From a bacterium (lineage in GTDB: Bacteria; Bacillota; Clostridia; Oscillospirales; Acutalibacteraceae), in assembly GCA_963592475.1 (NCBI GenBank), contig CAVAWW010000003.1, forward strand, positions 4,770 to 68,769: a stretch of DNA of 64,000 bases. The letters run 5' to 3'. Below are positions 27,088 to 37,645 of the stretch, in pieces (the first letter of the stretch is position 1; every line of letters begins with the position of its first letter). The notes beneath the pieces are model-generated. The model was not told the origin of the DNA, made no database searches, and was given only the letters and a program-made list of their open reading frames with translations. The translations under genes were made by a program, and so were the position numbers.

Positions 27088-27813
27088 TCAATATTGCCTG
27101 TCTCCGAATATCGCCGAGCCTATACGCACAAGCGTTGAGCCCGTCGCTATTGCCTCTTTGAAATCGCCGGACATACCCATAGAGAGAATGTCCATATCTA
27201 TATTATCCATTTTTTTGGCGCCGATGTCAATAAACAGTTTGTGCATATTATCAAAAACGCACTGATTTTTCACAGAATCTTTAAAATTCGGCGCCACTGT
27301 CATCATACCTTTGACTTTGACAAACCGGAGCTCCGATATTTTCCCGAGCTGATCCGCAACTTCGTCTGCGGAATATCCGAATTTGTTTTCATCCTCACCG
27401 ATGTTGACTTCGAGCAATATATCAGTCGTTATCCCCTGCTCTCCCGAGCGGCGGCTTATCTGCTGAGCGGTCTCGAACGAATCGACGCTCTGAATCATGT
27501 CGACCTGACCGACTATCTTTTTTATCTTATTGCTCTGAAGATGACCGATGAGATGGAGCTTGCAGTGCTCAAGATTAAGTTCAGGGCGCTTGAGCAGGAC
27601 TTCCTGAACCTTGTTTTCGCCGATGAGATCGACTCCGCAGGCAATAGCGTGATTTATAAGCTCGACAGAAACAGTCTTCGTCACCGCCATGAGCTTCACT
27701 TCCTGCGGGTCTCTGCCGCTCTTCAAAGCAGTTTCGGCTATCTCGTCGCGAACCTTTTTCAGGTTGTCCTCAAGGAGCCTCAGACGCGCATCAGTAACTG
27801 ATAAGTTTTCCAT
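27088..27813 (-). CDS. yggS: YggS family PLP homeostasis protein
   Basis: AVTK, GENKVQE, HLIGHLQSNK, LSMGMSGD and VRIGSAIFG motifs. Confidence 0.95.
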   Translation of the reverse strand: MENLSVTDARLRLLEDNLKKVRDEIAETALKSGRDPQEVKLMAVTKTVSVELINHAIACGVDLIGENKVQEVLLKRPELNLEHCKLHLIGHLQSNKIKKIVGQVDMIQSVDSFETAQQISRRSGEQGITTDILLEVNIGEDENKFGYSADEVADQLGKISELRFVKVKGMMTVAPNFKDSVKNQCVFDNMHKLFIDIGAKKMDNIDMDILSMGMSGDFKEAIATGSTLVRIGSAIFGDRQY

Positions 27814-29044
27814 CTTTAAGATCCTTTCCTTCCAATATTACCGCATCGTAAATTTTCAGATACGGCACTTTATTTTCATCGTATGTATCCTCTTTTATCA
27901 TCTTTGAGACTACATAGTCATCGCCTGTATATATTACATCGAGCTTCTTGAAGCGGACGATATTACCGGTAAGCACATACACGCCCTGAGCTCCGTTGAC
28001 AACTCTGACTGCGGACTTATTTATTCTTATTCCGTCGGTCTCGTTTATCACTATTTCTACATCTTCCGTTCTCAGTCGCGCTATGTCCGAATCCATTATC
28101 TTCGATGAAAGAATCAGAACGGTCTCATCGGTGTTTATCGGTCCTCTGTAATATACCGTGGCATTTATGCCGTCGCGCGACATATTGTCGCATCTGAGCG
28201 TAACACTGTCTCCATCATTGAGCTTCGTGGCGTCGGACTTGTTGACTACGCCTACAAAGTACCATGTATATCCGCGGATAAGCTTGCCCTTTATATTAGC
28301 GGACACCGCGGCAGGAGAAGCGGACAGTGCCGCCTTTATTTTATCGCTGCTGAGATTTTTAACATCCGAAAAGCTCAGCGTATTCTCATATCCGTCGGCG
28401 GACGAGACATAATAGCCGGTATCGTCAGCCTTGAGATAATCGACAGTTCCGACTTTCGCCGAAAGAGAAGCTATTTCAGATTTGAGCGAGGCTATCTTCT
28501 CCGAAAAATCTATATTGCCGTTTATAAGTATCTGCTTTGCGGTCATCTTGTCGCTGAAGTTTTCCGCACTGCCTTCAAGTGCCGAGATTTTATCCGACCG
28601 CACATCGTCGAGCATTTCATAAAAATATGAATCTGCCTGAAGATTTATTTTTGAGATATCAAGCTCGGTAAGATTCTGTTGATTATTTAAGTTTTCGTAC
28701 CGCTCAAGCTCGTTTTTGAGATTTTCGAGGTCGACATATGCCGAGGCAGAGTCGGCTTTGCCGAACTGCGCCGCAATAGCCTGTCCTCCTGCGACGCGTT
28801 CACCGTCCTGCAAAAGCGGAACATAGGTCAGCGAAGAAGAGCCGTTTATAAGCGATTCATCGCGCACGGCGAACATCTTTACTGTTATGCTGTTGCGGTA
28901 TGTTGTGGCGGTCGCGGGTTGGGTTTTCACATTTGAAGAGTTGAAGTTGCCTATCTCATAGCATAACACTACCACAGCCAGAAGCGCAGCAACGGCAGCG
29001 ACTATTTTTCTTACGCCTTTTTTGCTCACTTTAACTTTCTTCAT
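27791..29044 (-). CDS. HlyD-like membrane fusion/adaptor-fold protein conserved upstream of yggS in clostridia
   Basis: N-terminal TM helix, DGERV lipoyl-like motif, coiled coil, DGYE and LKIYD motifs. Confidence 0.65.
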   Translation of the reverse strand: MKKVKVSKKGVRKIVAAVAALLAVVVLCYEIGNFNSSNVKTQPATATTYRNSITVKMFAVRDESLINGSSSLTYVPLLQDGERVAGGQAIAAQFGKADSASAYVDLENLKNELERYENLNNQQNLTELDISKINLQADSYFYEMLDDVRSDKISALEGSAENFSDKMTAKQILINGNIDFSEKIASLKSEIASLSAKVGTVDYLKADDTGYYVSSADGYENTLSFSDVKNLSSDKIKAALSASPAAVSANIKGKLIRGYTWYFVGVVNKSDATKLNDGDSVTLRCDNMSRDGINATVYYRGPINTDETVLILSSKIMDSDIARLRTEDVEIVINETDGIRINKSAVRVVNGAQGVYVLTGNIVRFKKLDVIYTGDDYVVSKMIKEDTYDENKVPYLKIYDAVILEGKDLKDGKLISY

Positions 29045-29988
29045 TCTGCGATCCCCCTTTCTATTATCCCGACTGCCGTCTTTAGCAGTTCGTCGTATGA
29101 CATTTCGTCTATATACAGATGTGTTATTCTCTCGTCGCGCCTGAACCATGTCAGCTGGCGTTTGGCATAACGGCGCGTGGAGCGCTTGAGATTATCTATT
29201 GCATCATCAAGCGATATTTCTCCGTTGAAATAGGGCTGCAATTCTTTATAGCCTATAGCTTGCCCTGATGTTTTACCAAGCTCGCCGGAGAGGAAACGTT
29301 TCGCCTCTTCGATAAGACCGTTTTCAACCATTATATCGACTCGGCGGTCGATCCTGTCATATAAAAACTGTCTGCCGCGCACATCGAGACATATCGCCGT
29401 GCAGTCATATTTTGGCTCAGCAAGTCTTGATCTGCGCTGCTGTTCGCTCATCGTGACTCCGGTCTTATAATAGACCTCGAGCGCTCTTATAATCCGTCCG
29501 CGATTGTTGAGGTGAAGCTGCGCGGCGGTTTCCGGGTCGATAGCCGAGAGTTCCCTGTGGAGCGTTTTAATGCCTTCACTCTCCGCGCGGCGCTCAAGCT
29601 CACTGCGTATTGAAGCATCGTCGTCCTCGTCGGCAAATGAAATGTTGTCAATAAGTGAAGAATAGTAGAGCCCTGTTCCGCCGACGAGCACGGGAAGCTT
29701 TCTCCTGCCGGATATATCGTCTATGCACTTACCCGCTTCCGCACAGTAAGCGGCAACGCTGTATTTTTCGCCGGGTTCTAGAAAATCGAGCATATGGTGA
29801 GGTATCCCGCACATCTCCTGAACCGTTGGCTTTGCGGTGGCGATATCCATATATTTATATATCTGCATCGAATCGCAGGAGACCGCCTCGCCGTTGAGCG
29901 CGTGGCAGATATCCACTGCGAGCTTTGTCTTGCCCGATGCTGTTGGACCGACGACAGCGGCTATTTTTATTTTCTTACGCTCGTCCAA
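29041..29988 (-). CDS. miaA: tRNA dimethylallyltransferase
   Basis: GPTASGKT, DSMQIY, VGGTGLY and YAKRQLTWF; likely TTG start at 29988. Confidence 0.96.
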   Translation of the reverse strand: MDERKKIKIAAVVGPTASGKTKLAVDICHALNGEAVSCDSMQIYKYMDIATAKPTVQEMCGIPHHMLDFLEPGEKYSVAAYCAEAGKCIDDISGRRKLPVLVGGTGLYYSSLIDNISFADEDDDASIRSELERRAESEGIKTLHRELSAIDPETAAQLHLNNRGRIIRALEVYYKTGVTMSEQQRRSRLAEPKYDCTAICLDVRGRQFLYDRIDRRVDIMVENGLIEEAKRFLSGELGKTSGQAIGYKELQPYFNGEISLDDAIDNLKRSTRRYAKRQLTWFRRDERITHLYIDEMSYDELLKTAVGIIERGIAE

Positions 29989-31960
29989 AGTTCTTCTCCA
30001 ATTCACGCCTGGTTATCTCAATCATAACGGGTCTGCCGTGCGGACAGTATCTTATCTCGGGGCTCGCGAACAGGCGCTTTATAAACAGCTCGCGTTCGTA
30101 TTCGGTAGTGTACATTCCGCCTTTTATCGCCGCCTTGCACGCCATGAGGCTGAACAGCCACTCTTTCTTTTCGGATATGAGCTTCTGCCTGTTTTCAACA
30201 AGATATCCGGCAAGCTCTGCGACAACATCGGGAACTTCATCAGCGGATATCTCCATTGGGCATTCGCGGACTATAACAACGGAATATCCGAAGTCTTCAA
30301 CCGCAAAGCCCGCCTGCATGAGCATATCGAGATTATCGAGCACCGCGGAATATTCCTCTTTGCTGAGCGTTACGGTTATCGGGGTCAAAAGCATCTGAGT
30401 GGAACGCTTGGTGTCGTTTTTGACAAGCTCGTTGAACAACATTCTCTCATGTGCAGCGTGCTTGTCAACAAGAAAGATGCTCTCCCCTTGTTGAACAATA
30501 ATGTATGTTTTGAACGCCTCTCCGATAACGGTTACGGGCAGCTCCGCAGGCTTCTCGTCAACAGCCGCATCGAGAGCCCGAGCCGTTTCTTCCGGCTTTT
30601 CGTCGGGAAGCGTTGCGGCTTTTTCCGAAAGCTCCAGCCGTATATCCGCTTCAATGACGGCGGTCTCTTCTTTTTTTGCCCTTTGAGCGTCAAGAAAATG
30701 CTGAATGGTCGACGGCTCCGTATCCGCCGTTTCAGGCTTTTTATCGGGGCTTGCGACAGACACAATATCCTCGCGCGGTGCGGGTGCAGACTGCTGCGGA
30801 TAGCTATATCTCGGCTTTTCCGTCTGCTGCGCCGAACGGTATTCGGAAGATGACATACGGTTCCAGAAATCAGGCTGCTTTTCCGGCAGTCTCATCTGCT
30901 CTGTCTTTGGGCGTGCAGGCTCGAAGAGTTCCGCCTGCGGTGTTCTCGGAATAGATACTTTCGGCGCTTCATCTCTGCGTTCGAGTGCATTTTTTGCGGC
31001 ATAATATATCGCGCTGAAAACAGTGCGCTCGTTTGCAAAGCGGACTTCCGTCTTTGCGGGATGGACATTTACATCGACAAGTCCGGGCGCTGTTGTTATG
31101 TTGAGCACGCAGTACGGGAACTTGCCGACCATTATTGAATTTTTATATGCTTCGCTCAGCGCCGCCGAAGCCGTACCCGACTTCACGAGTCTGCCGTTGA
31201 CGAAGAAGAACTGCATATTGCGGTTCGGGCGCGATTTTGTCGGCTTTGAGATAAGTCCGCTTATCTGCACCGATTCAAAGCTGTAATCCGCTTCAATAAG
31301 TCCATCGGCAAAGTCCTTGCCGAAAATCTCATAGGCTGCGGTTTTGAGGTCGCCGCTTCCGGAGGTAAACAGGGCGCTCTTGCCCTCTCTTATAAATCTT
31401 ATCGAAACATCCGGGTTTGAGAGCGCAATTTTATCAACTATGCTTGCGACCGCGTTAGCCTCGGACACATCTTTTTTGAGGAACTTCATTCTCGCGGGAG
31501 TGTTGAAGAAAAGATCACGGACAACTATTGTCGTGCCGAGCGGGCATCCTGCATCATCGACAAGCGTCTCTTCGCCCGCACTGATGCAATAGCGCGTCCC
31601 GGTCTCTTCTTCGGGCGTTCTTGTGAGCACTTCGACATTTGAAACCGCGGCTATAGACGCGAGCGCTTCGCCTCTGAATCCGAGAGTACCTATGGCATAG
31701 AGATCGTCGCGCGTGCTTATCTTGCTTGTGGCGTGGCTGATAAACGCTGTATGTATATCATCACGGCTTATTCCGCATCCGTTATCGGTTACGCGGATAT
31801 AAGTTATTCCGCCGTTTTTTATTTCAACCGTGACCGAAGAAGAGCCCGCATCTATTGCGTTCTCCATAAGCTCTTTTATAACGGACGCGGGTCTTTCGAC
31901 AACTTCGCCCGCGGCAATAAGCTCCGCTATTTCTTTTGGCAGGACTTTTATCTTCGGCAT
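29975..31960 (-). CDS. mutL: DNA mismatch repair endonuclease MutL
   Basis: IAAGEVVERP, GFRGEAL, DKHAAHER and CPHGRP motifs. Confidence 0.97.
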   Translation of the reverse strand: MPKIKVLPKEIAELIAAGEVVERPASVIKELMENAIDAGSSSVTVEIKNGGITYIRVTDNGCGISRDDIHTAFISHATSKISTRDDLYAIGTLGFRGEALASIAAVSNVEVLTRTPEEETGTRYCISAGEETLVDDAGCPLGTTIVVRDLFFNTPARMKFLKKDVSEANAVASIVDKIALSNPDVSIRFIREGKSALFTSGSGDLKTAAYEIFGKDFADGLIEADYSFESVQISGLISKPTKSRPNRNMQFFFVNGRLVKSGTASAALSEAYKNSIMVGKFPYCVLNITTAPGLVDVNVHPAKTEVRFANERTVFSAIYYAAKNALERRDEAPKVSIPRTPQAELFEPARPKTEQMRLPEKQPDFWNRMSSSEYRSAQQTEKPRYSYPQQSAPAPREDIVSVASPDKKPETADTEPSTIQHFLDAQRAKKEETAVIEADIRLELSEKAATLPDEKPEETARALDAAVDEKPAELPVTVIGEAFKTYIIVQQGESIFLVDKHAAHERMLFNELVKNDTKRSTQMLLTPITVTLSKEEYSAVLDNLDMLMQAGFAVEDFGYSVVIVRECPMEISADEVPDVVAELAGYLVENRQKLISEKKEWLFSLMACKAAIKGGMYTTEYERELFIKRLFASPEIRYCPHGRPVMIEITRRELEKNFGRA

Positions 31961-31972
31961 GGTTTCCTCCTG

Positions 31973-34591
31973 TTATATTTCTTTTGCGCTCTTTGTCAGC
32001 TCATACAGCACGCCCATTGCCTCTATCGGCGTCAGCGTGTTGACATCGAGCACTTTGAGTTTTTCGACTATCTCATTTGAACTGTTTTGACCGAACGAAA
32101 TCTGCCCGGCATCGGGTTCAACAGCTGTGCTCGGTTCACGGTCGCGAACGAGCACAAGTCCGCTCTCTTCGAGTTCTTTGAGAACTTTTTTCGCCCTCTC
32201 GACAACCGGCTTCGGAACTCCGGCGAGCTTCGCGACCTCGATTCCGTAGCTTCCGTCCGCTCCGCCGCGCACTATGCGGCGCAGGAAGGTTATATCATCG
32301 CCGCGTTTTTTGACGGCTATATTGTAGTTCTTGACACCGTCTATCTGACCCTCAAGCTCAGTCAACTCATGATAATGTGTTGCGAAAAGGGTCTTTGCAC
32401 CGATGCGCTTTTTGTCCGCAGCATATTCGAGCACGGCTCGCGCAATACTCATGCCGTCGAAAGTGGAAGTGCCTCTTCCTATCTCGTCAAAAATTATAAG
32501 GCTTCTCGAAGTTGCGTTATTGAGTATCGATGCAACCTCGCTCATCTCGACCATAAACGTCGACTGTCCGGCTGAAAGGTCGTCGGATGCGCCGATTCTA
32601 GTAAACACGCTGTCAACTATTCCGAGCTCCGCGCTCACGGCGGGAACAAAGCTTCCTGCCTGCGCCATGACGCAGACGAGTGCGACCTGACGCATATATG
32701 TGGACTTACCTGCCATATTGGGACCGGTTATTATCGCACAGCGGTCGTCGGCACAGTCGAGAATAGTATCATTCGGGACAAACGGTTCGCCGTTGAGCAT
32801 TTTTTCAACAACGGGATGGCGTCCTTCGTTTATCTTTATAACCGGCTCTGCGGACATCTGAGGGCAGACATAGTTATTTTCGAGCGCAGCCTGAGCAAAT
32901 GAACAGAGAACATCGAGCTGCGCCACTGCTGCAGCGGTACGCTGAACTCTGGCAAGCTCTGCGCCGGTGCGCTTTCTGATATCGTCAAAAATCTCGTATT
33001 CGAGCTTGACTATTCTGTCCTGTGCTCCGAGGACTTTTGCCTCGAGGTCTTTTAGCTCCTGAGTAATAAATCTCTCGCAATTTGCAAGAGTCTGTTTTCT
33101 TATATATTCATCGGGTACAAGCTCTTTGTAAGCGTTGGGCACTTCTATGTAGTAGCCGAATACCCTGTTATATCCTATTTTAAGTTTCGCTATTCCGGTC
33201 TTTTCCTGCTCCTGCTGCTGAATGGCGGCAATATAATCCTTGCCGTTGAGCACTATATCACGCAGAGAATCAAGCTCCGGATGGAAGCCGTCCTTTATCA
33301 TGCCGCCCTCGCGAACGGAAAACGGCGGCTCTTCAACTATCGCGGCATCTATCAACTCATGGATATCGGAAAGCGTGTCCATATTTTCGGCACACTCCTG
33401 CATCAGAGAGGACGAGAGCGCCGAGACTTTTTCTTTGAGCTCCGGCAGACACGATGCCGCGAGCGCAAGCGCACGCAGATCCTTTGCACTGGCAGTGCCG
33501 AACGATATTCTTGTTATAAGGCGCTCGAGATCATGTATGCCCGACATGCTTTCGCTGAGCTCCTGTCTCGCCATAGGCTGAGAGACAAGCTCTGCCACGG
33601 CGTTATGGCGCTTTGTTATGCGCGCCATGCTGAGCAGCGGGCGTTCGAGCCACGCGCGGATCATTCGCTTGCCCATCGGTGTGCGGGTTTTATCTAGCAC
33701 CCAGAGCAGAGAGCCGCGTTTTTCGCGGTTTCTGAGAGTCTCGACTATTTCGAGATTGCGCAGAGCCGCAACATCGAGGCGCATGAAATTGAGTTCCGAA
33801 TAGAACGATATCGAAGATATGTTATCGAGATCGTTGCGCTGAACTTCGGTGAGATATTTGAGCGCCGCTCCGAGTGCCGGAACCGCCGCGCCCGTCTCGT
33901 TGAGTTCAAGTTCGGAGAGACTGTCTTTTTTGAAATGTCTGAGTATTATTTCGGCGCTTGACTGCGGGTCGAAATAATTGTCGCCGAGCTCCTGTGCAAG
34001 AGCTTCGGTCTTGTTTGAAATGAACGAGAACACCTTGGTAAGAGAGGAAGATGCGGAGTTGAAAACTATCTCGCTGGGCATAAATCTGCCTATCTCGTTG
34101 ATTATCTTATCGGGAAGCGCGGGAGCGGCAAGCTCGGTCAGGTTGACGGAACCCGTCGAGACATCTATAAAGCAGACACCCGCCGACTCGCCCGTAAAAT
34201 ACACGCTCGCGAGGAAATTGTTTCTGCCCTCGTTGAGCATACTGTTTTCAATGACCGTACCGGGAGTCAGAACTCTGACGACTTCGCGCTTGACAAGACC
34301 CTTTGCAAGTGCGGGATCCTCCATCTGCTCGCATATGGCAACTTTGTAGCCCTTTGCAACAAGGCGCGCCATATAGCTGTCTGCACTGTGAAACGGCACT
34401 CCGCACATCGGGGCGCGCTCCTCCTGCCCGCAGGCTCTGCCTGTCAGCACAAGTTCGAGTTCGCGCGACGCAGTTACCGCATCGTCAAAGAACATCTCGT
34501 AGAAATCACCGAGTCTGAACATCAGTATCGTATCGGGATATTTCTTTTTGGTTTCAAAATACTGTTTCATCATCGGAGAAAGCTCTGCCAT
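31973..34591 (-). CDS. mutS: DNA mismatch repair protein MutS
   Basis: GDFYEMF, TGPNMAGKST, DEIGRGT and ATHYHEL motifs. Confidence 0.98.
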   Translation of the reverse strand: MAELSPMMKQYFETKKKYPDTILMFRLGDFYEMFFDDAVTASRELELVLTGRACGQEERAPMCGVPFHSADSYMARLVAKGYKVAICEQMEDPALAKGLVKREVVRVLTPGTVIENSMLNEGRNNFLASVYFTGESAGVCFIDVSTGSVNLTELAAPALPDKIINEIGRFMPSEIVFNSASSSLTKVFSFISNKTEALAQELGDNYFDPQSSAEIILRHFKKDSLSELELNETGAAVPALGAALKYLTEVQRNDLDNISSISFYSELNFMRLDVAALRNLEIVETLRNREKRGSLLWVLDKTRTPMGKRMIRAWLERPLLSMARITKRHNAVAELVSQPMARQELSESMSGIHDLERLITRISFGTASAKDLRALALAASCLPELKEKVSALSSSLMQECAENMDTLSDIHELIDAAIVEEPPFSVREGGMIKDGFHPELDSLRDIVLNGKDYIAAIQQQEQEKTGIAKLKIGYNRVFGYYIEVPNAYKELVPDEYIRKQTLANCERFITQELKDLEAKVLGAQDRIVKLEYEIFDDIRKRTGAELARVQRTAAAVAQLDVLCSFAQAALENNYVCPQMSAEPVIKINEGRHPVVEKMLNGEPFVPNDTILDCADDRCAIITGPNMAGKSTYMRQVALVCVMAQAGSFVPAVSAELGIVDSVFTRIGASDDLSAGQSTFMVEMSEVASILNNATSRSLIIFDEIGRGTSTFDGMSIARAVLEYAADKKRIGAKTLFATHYHELTELEGQIDGVKNYNIAVKKRGDDITFLRRIVRGGADGSYGIEVAKLAGVPKPVVERAKKVLKELEESGLVLVRDREPSTAVEPDAGQISFGQNSSNEIVEKLKVLDVNTLTPIEAMGVLYELTKSAKEI

Positions 34592-34625
34592 TCCGATACC
34601 GTCCTCTCAGCGGCTGTGCCGCAAA

Positions 34626-34665
34626 ATAAAAAGCTTTCGGCTCCGCGGGTGTTGCCCGCGGAGCA
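34626..34665 (-). terminator. GC-rich hairpin between ylbF/ymcA and mutS (terminator-like)
   Basis: GCTCCGCGGG-N5-CCCGCGGAGC perfect stem; a T-tract follows a few nt later on the minus strand. Confidence 0.55.
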
Positions 34666-34678
34666 GGATATGCAATAA

Positions 34679-35089
34679 TCAGCAGCCCGAGCAGCCGGAG
34701 CAGTCTCCGCCGCAGTGGTGGTGCTCTTCTTCGGGCTCGCAGGTTGCGGGATCTTCGCCCTGGATGCAAAGAGCGAGGATGCCGGTGATATAATGCATCA
34801 TTTCATCTATCTCGGCTCTTGCGACTTCATAGTCGCGCATATGCTCGTTCTCCATGACCTTCTTGTAGAGATCGTTGAACTCGGTCTCGTATGCAGCAAG
34901 CTTCTGCTCATTGGCATCTTCCTTGCTTGCCTCATGCTGATAAGACATATGAACGAGCTGGATCTTGCCCATGAGGTCGTTGAGATCCTTGTCCTCTTCG
35001 TTTGCCTTCTGAGCCGCCTGGAACTTTGCGTATCTGTCATCCTGCTGGATAGCTGCGCCGAGTTCTCTTGTAAGTTTGATGATGTCCAT
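34679..35089 (-). CDS. YlbF/YmcA (Ric) family protein with Cys/His-rich tail
   Basis: ELGAAIQQDDRY N-terminus, helical body, CEPEEEHHHCGGDCSGCSGC tail; miaB-X-mutS synteny as for Bacillus ymcA. Confidence 0.82.
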   Translation of the reverse strand: MDIIKLTRELGAAIQQDDRYAKFQAAQKANEEDKDLNDLMGKIQLVHMSYQHEASKEDANEQKLAAYETEFNDLYKKVMENEHMRDYEVARAEIDEMMHYITGILALCIQGEDPATCEPEEEHHHCGGDCSGCSGC

Positions 35090-35148
35090 AACTGTACTCC
35101 TTGAATTTTATCTTATATCATTATCCGCAAAGCGGAGATATAGCGTTT

Positions 35149-36576
35149 TTAATCGGCAAGTTCGCCTTTGAGCATCCATATCAGAGCTTCGGTCACTCTG
35201 ACTGTTCTGAATGAGCCTATAACCGACTCGTCCGCCGGAAACTCAATTATTATATTCCCCTGCGTTCTGCCCGATATATAGCCGTCCTTCTTGGCTTTTG
35301 ATTCGCAGAGAACGCGGTATTCCCTGCCGACCATCGCGGAAGTCCGCGCCGCCGCAATCTTCTCCTGCGCGGCACAAAGCTCCGAGAACCACTTGCCTTT
35401 TTCTTCTCGCGAAACGGGGTCGTCCATCTTTGCGGCACGGGTGCCCTCGCGGGGTGAGAAAATGAAAGTATAAAGCGATGTGTACTGCGCTTTTTCAATA
35501 AGTTTCACAGTGTCAAGAAACTCTTCGTAAGTCTCGCCGGGGAAACCGACAATTATATCGCTCGTCACCGAAAGCTCCGGCATGACGCTGCGGGCGTATT
35601 CGAGCAGGGAGAGATACTTTTCGGCCGTATATCCGCGGTTCATTGCTTTTAGCACTCTGTCGTTTCCACACTGGACAGGAAGATGCAGATGCTTCGCAAC
35701 CTTTTCGCACTGAGCCATGGTATCAAGCAGCTCGTGCGTGCAGTCTTTCGGGTGCGAGGTCATAAAGCGTATAATAAAATCGCCGTCGATATTATTTATC
35801 TCGCGCAGAAGAGATGCAAAATTCATCTCGCCCTCGCGGTCGTTTCCGTAGGAATTGACATTCTGCCCGAGCAGGGTTATCTCTTTATATCCGCTCCTGA
35901 CAAGCTCGCGCGCCTCGCTGATTATAATATCGCTGCTGCGGCTGCGCTCGCGTCCGCGGACATAGGGAACTATGCAGTAAGTGCAGAAATTATTGCACCC
36001 GTACATTATCGGCAGCCACGCTTTAAAAGTGCTGTCTCTGTGCAGAGGCAAATCCTCCGCGATAACGCCGTCGGAATTTTCGATATCAAATACACGCTTG
36101 CCGGTAGACAGAGCGCGGTAAAGCAGCTCAGGGAATTTATGTGCGGCATGAGTGCCGAAAACTATATCGACAAACGGATAGCTCTTCTGAATCTTTTCGG
36201 CTACTCTCTCCTGCTGCATCATGCATCCGCAGAGGATTATTTTGAAGTCGGGATTCTTCTCTTTTATTTTCTTGAGTGCACCGACATTTCCGAAGAGTCT
36301 GTCTTCGGCGTGCTCGCGGACGGCGCAGGTGTTAAAAAGCGATATATCCGCGTTTTCCGGCTCTTCGGTGAAACCGAAGCCCATTTTTTCAAGCAACCCC
36401 TTGAGTCTCTCACTGTCGGCAACGTTGCCCTGGCAGCCGAAAGTGTGGACATAAGCGAGCGGCCTACGCCCGTCAAGGCGCGTTTCAAGCACTGTATGTA
36501 CAAGTCCGCAGAACTCCATCTGTCTGTCGAGCTCCTCCTGCGGAACAACTATGTTTCTGTCTTTGGAAAGCGGCAA
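35149..36576 (-). CDS. miaB: tRNA methylthiotransferase MiaB
   Basis: TFGCQ, NTCAVRE, GCNNFCTYC radical SAM motif and TRAM domain. Confidence 0.96.
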   Translation of the reverse strand: MPLSKDRNIVVPQEELDRQMEFCGLVHTVLETRLDGRRPLAYVHTFGCQGNVADSERLKGLLEKMGFGFTEEPENADISLFNTCAVREHAEDRLFGNVGALKKIKEKNPDFKIILCGCMMQQERVAEKIQKSYPFVDIVFGTHAAHKFPELLYRALSTGKRVFDIENSDGVIAEDLPLHRDSTFKAWLPIMYGCNNFCTYCIVPYVRGRERSRSSDIIISEARELVRSGYKEITLLGQNVNSYGNDREGEMNFASLLREINNIDGDFIIRFMTSHPKDCTHELLDTMAQCEKVAKHLHLPVQCGNDRVLKAMNRGYTAEKYLSLLEYARSVMPELSVTSDIIVGFPGETYEEFLDTVKLIEKAQYTSLYTFIFSPREGTRAAKMDDPVSREEKGKWFSELCAAQEKIAAARTSAMVGREYRVLCESKAKKDGYISGRTQGNIIIEFPADESVIGSFRTVRVTEALIWMLKGELAD

Positions 36577-36610
36577 ATCAGTTCTCCTCCGAAAAATCTT
36601 TAATCAGTTT

Positions 36611-36639
36611 ATTATACAACGAAAAGCGAATTTGTACAA
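36611..36639 (-). promoter_or_regulatory. SigA-type promoter for the miaB operon
   Basis: TTGTAC-N17-TATAAT on the minus strand. Confidence 0.6.
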
Positions 36640-36766
36640 GCTTAATAATATAAAAACTTCTGTATATTTACAAAATCCGTGTTAATAAAAAATTTTTCTT
36701 TCAAGGCTGTTAATAAAACTGAAAATAGGCTATAATCATCATATGTTATTCTAATCGGAGGCACAT

Positions 36767-37645
36767 ATGAACAGGCACTACGATATAGCTATCATCGGCA
36801 GCGGCCCTGCCGGACTGTCGGCGGCGCTCTATATAAAGCGCGCAGGGCTCACCTGCGCCGTTATCGGCAAGGACGGTGGAGCGCTGGAAAAAGCGGAAAA
36901 GATAGAGAATTATTTCGGCACAGGAGCAATTTCCGGCGCAGAGCTTGTAAAACGCGGCGTTGAGCAGGCAAAGGAGCTGGGGGCGGATATATTCGAAGAA
37001 GAGGTTTTTTCGCTCGGTTGGAACGGCGATTACACCGTATCATGCTCGGAAGATAACTTTATCTCCCCTGCCGTTATAATCGCAACCGGCTCGGCGAGGA
37101 AAAGTGTTACCATTCCCGGCATAAAAGAATTCGAGGGAAAAGGCGTCAGCTACTGTGCGGTCTGCGATGCGTTTTTCTATCGCGGAAAAGATGTTGCAGT
37201 GCTCGGAAACGGCGCATATGCACTGCACGAGATAGGCAATCTTTCGGGAGTCGCAGAAAGTGTTACTCTGCTCACAAACGGCGTCGAACCGAACGGAGAC
37301 TTCGGCAATATAAAAATCATAACCGATCCGATAGATTCACTTTACGGCGAAAACAGGCTCAGCGGAGTTAAATTCAAAGACGGTTCTAGCCTGCCTATCT
37401 CCGGGCTGTTTATCGCGCTCGGGAGCGCTGCCGCAAGCGACCTTGCAAAGAAAGTCGGCGCACCCGTTGAGGGAAACTCGGTAAAAGTCGGCGCCGATAT
37501 GTCAGCGGGGCTGCCGGGGCTTTTCGCCGCCGGAGACTGCACGGGCGGGCTGCTTCAGGTAAGCGTCGCCGTTGGAGAGGGCGCAAAAGCGGCGATGGGC
37601 GCGATAAAATTCGTAAAATCATCCGGCGGGAGGAACGGCAATTGA
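36767..37645 (+). CDS. Thioredoxin reductase-like FAD/NAD(P) disulfide oxidoreductase
   Basis: GSGPAG, GVSYCAVCD redox motif and FAAGD. Confidence 0.88.
   Translation: MNRHYDIAIIGSGPAGLSAALYIKRAGLTCAVIGKDGGALEKAEKIENYFGTGAISGAELVKRGVEQAKELGADIFEEEVFSLGWNGDYTVSCSEDNFISPAVIIATGSARKSVTIPGIKEFEGKGVSYCAVCDAFFYRGKDVAVLGNGAYALHEIGNLSGVAESVTLLTNGVEPNGDFGNIKIITDPIDSLYGENRLSGVKFKDGSSLPISGLFIALGSAAASDLAKKVGAPVEGNSVKVGADMSAGLPGLFAAGDCTGGLLQVSVAVGEGAKAAMGAIKFVKSSGGRNGN

Noticed and set aside
29837..30853. 338-aa plus-strand ORF (similar cases: 35683..36603, 56895..57770, 6481..7221, 42182..42829)
   Set aside because: Each lies antisense to a well-supported housekeeping gene (mutL, miaB, priA, metA, upp).
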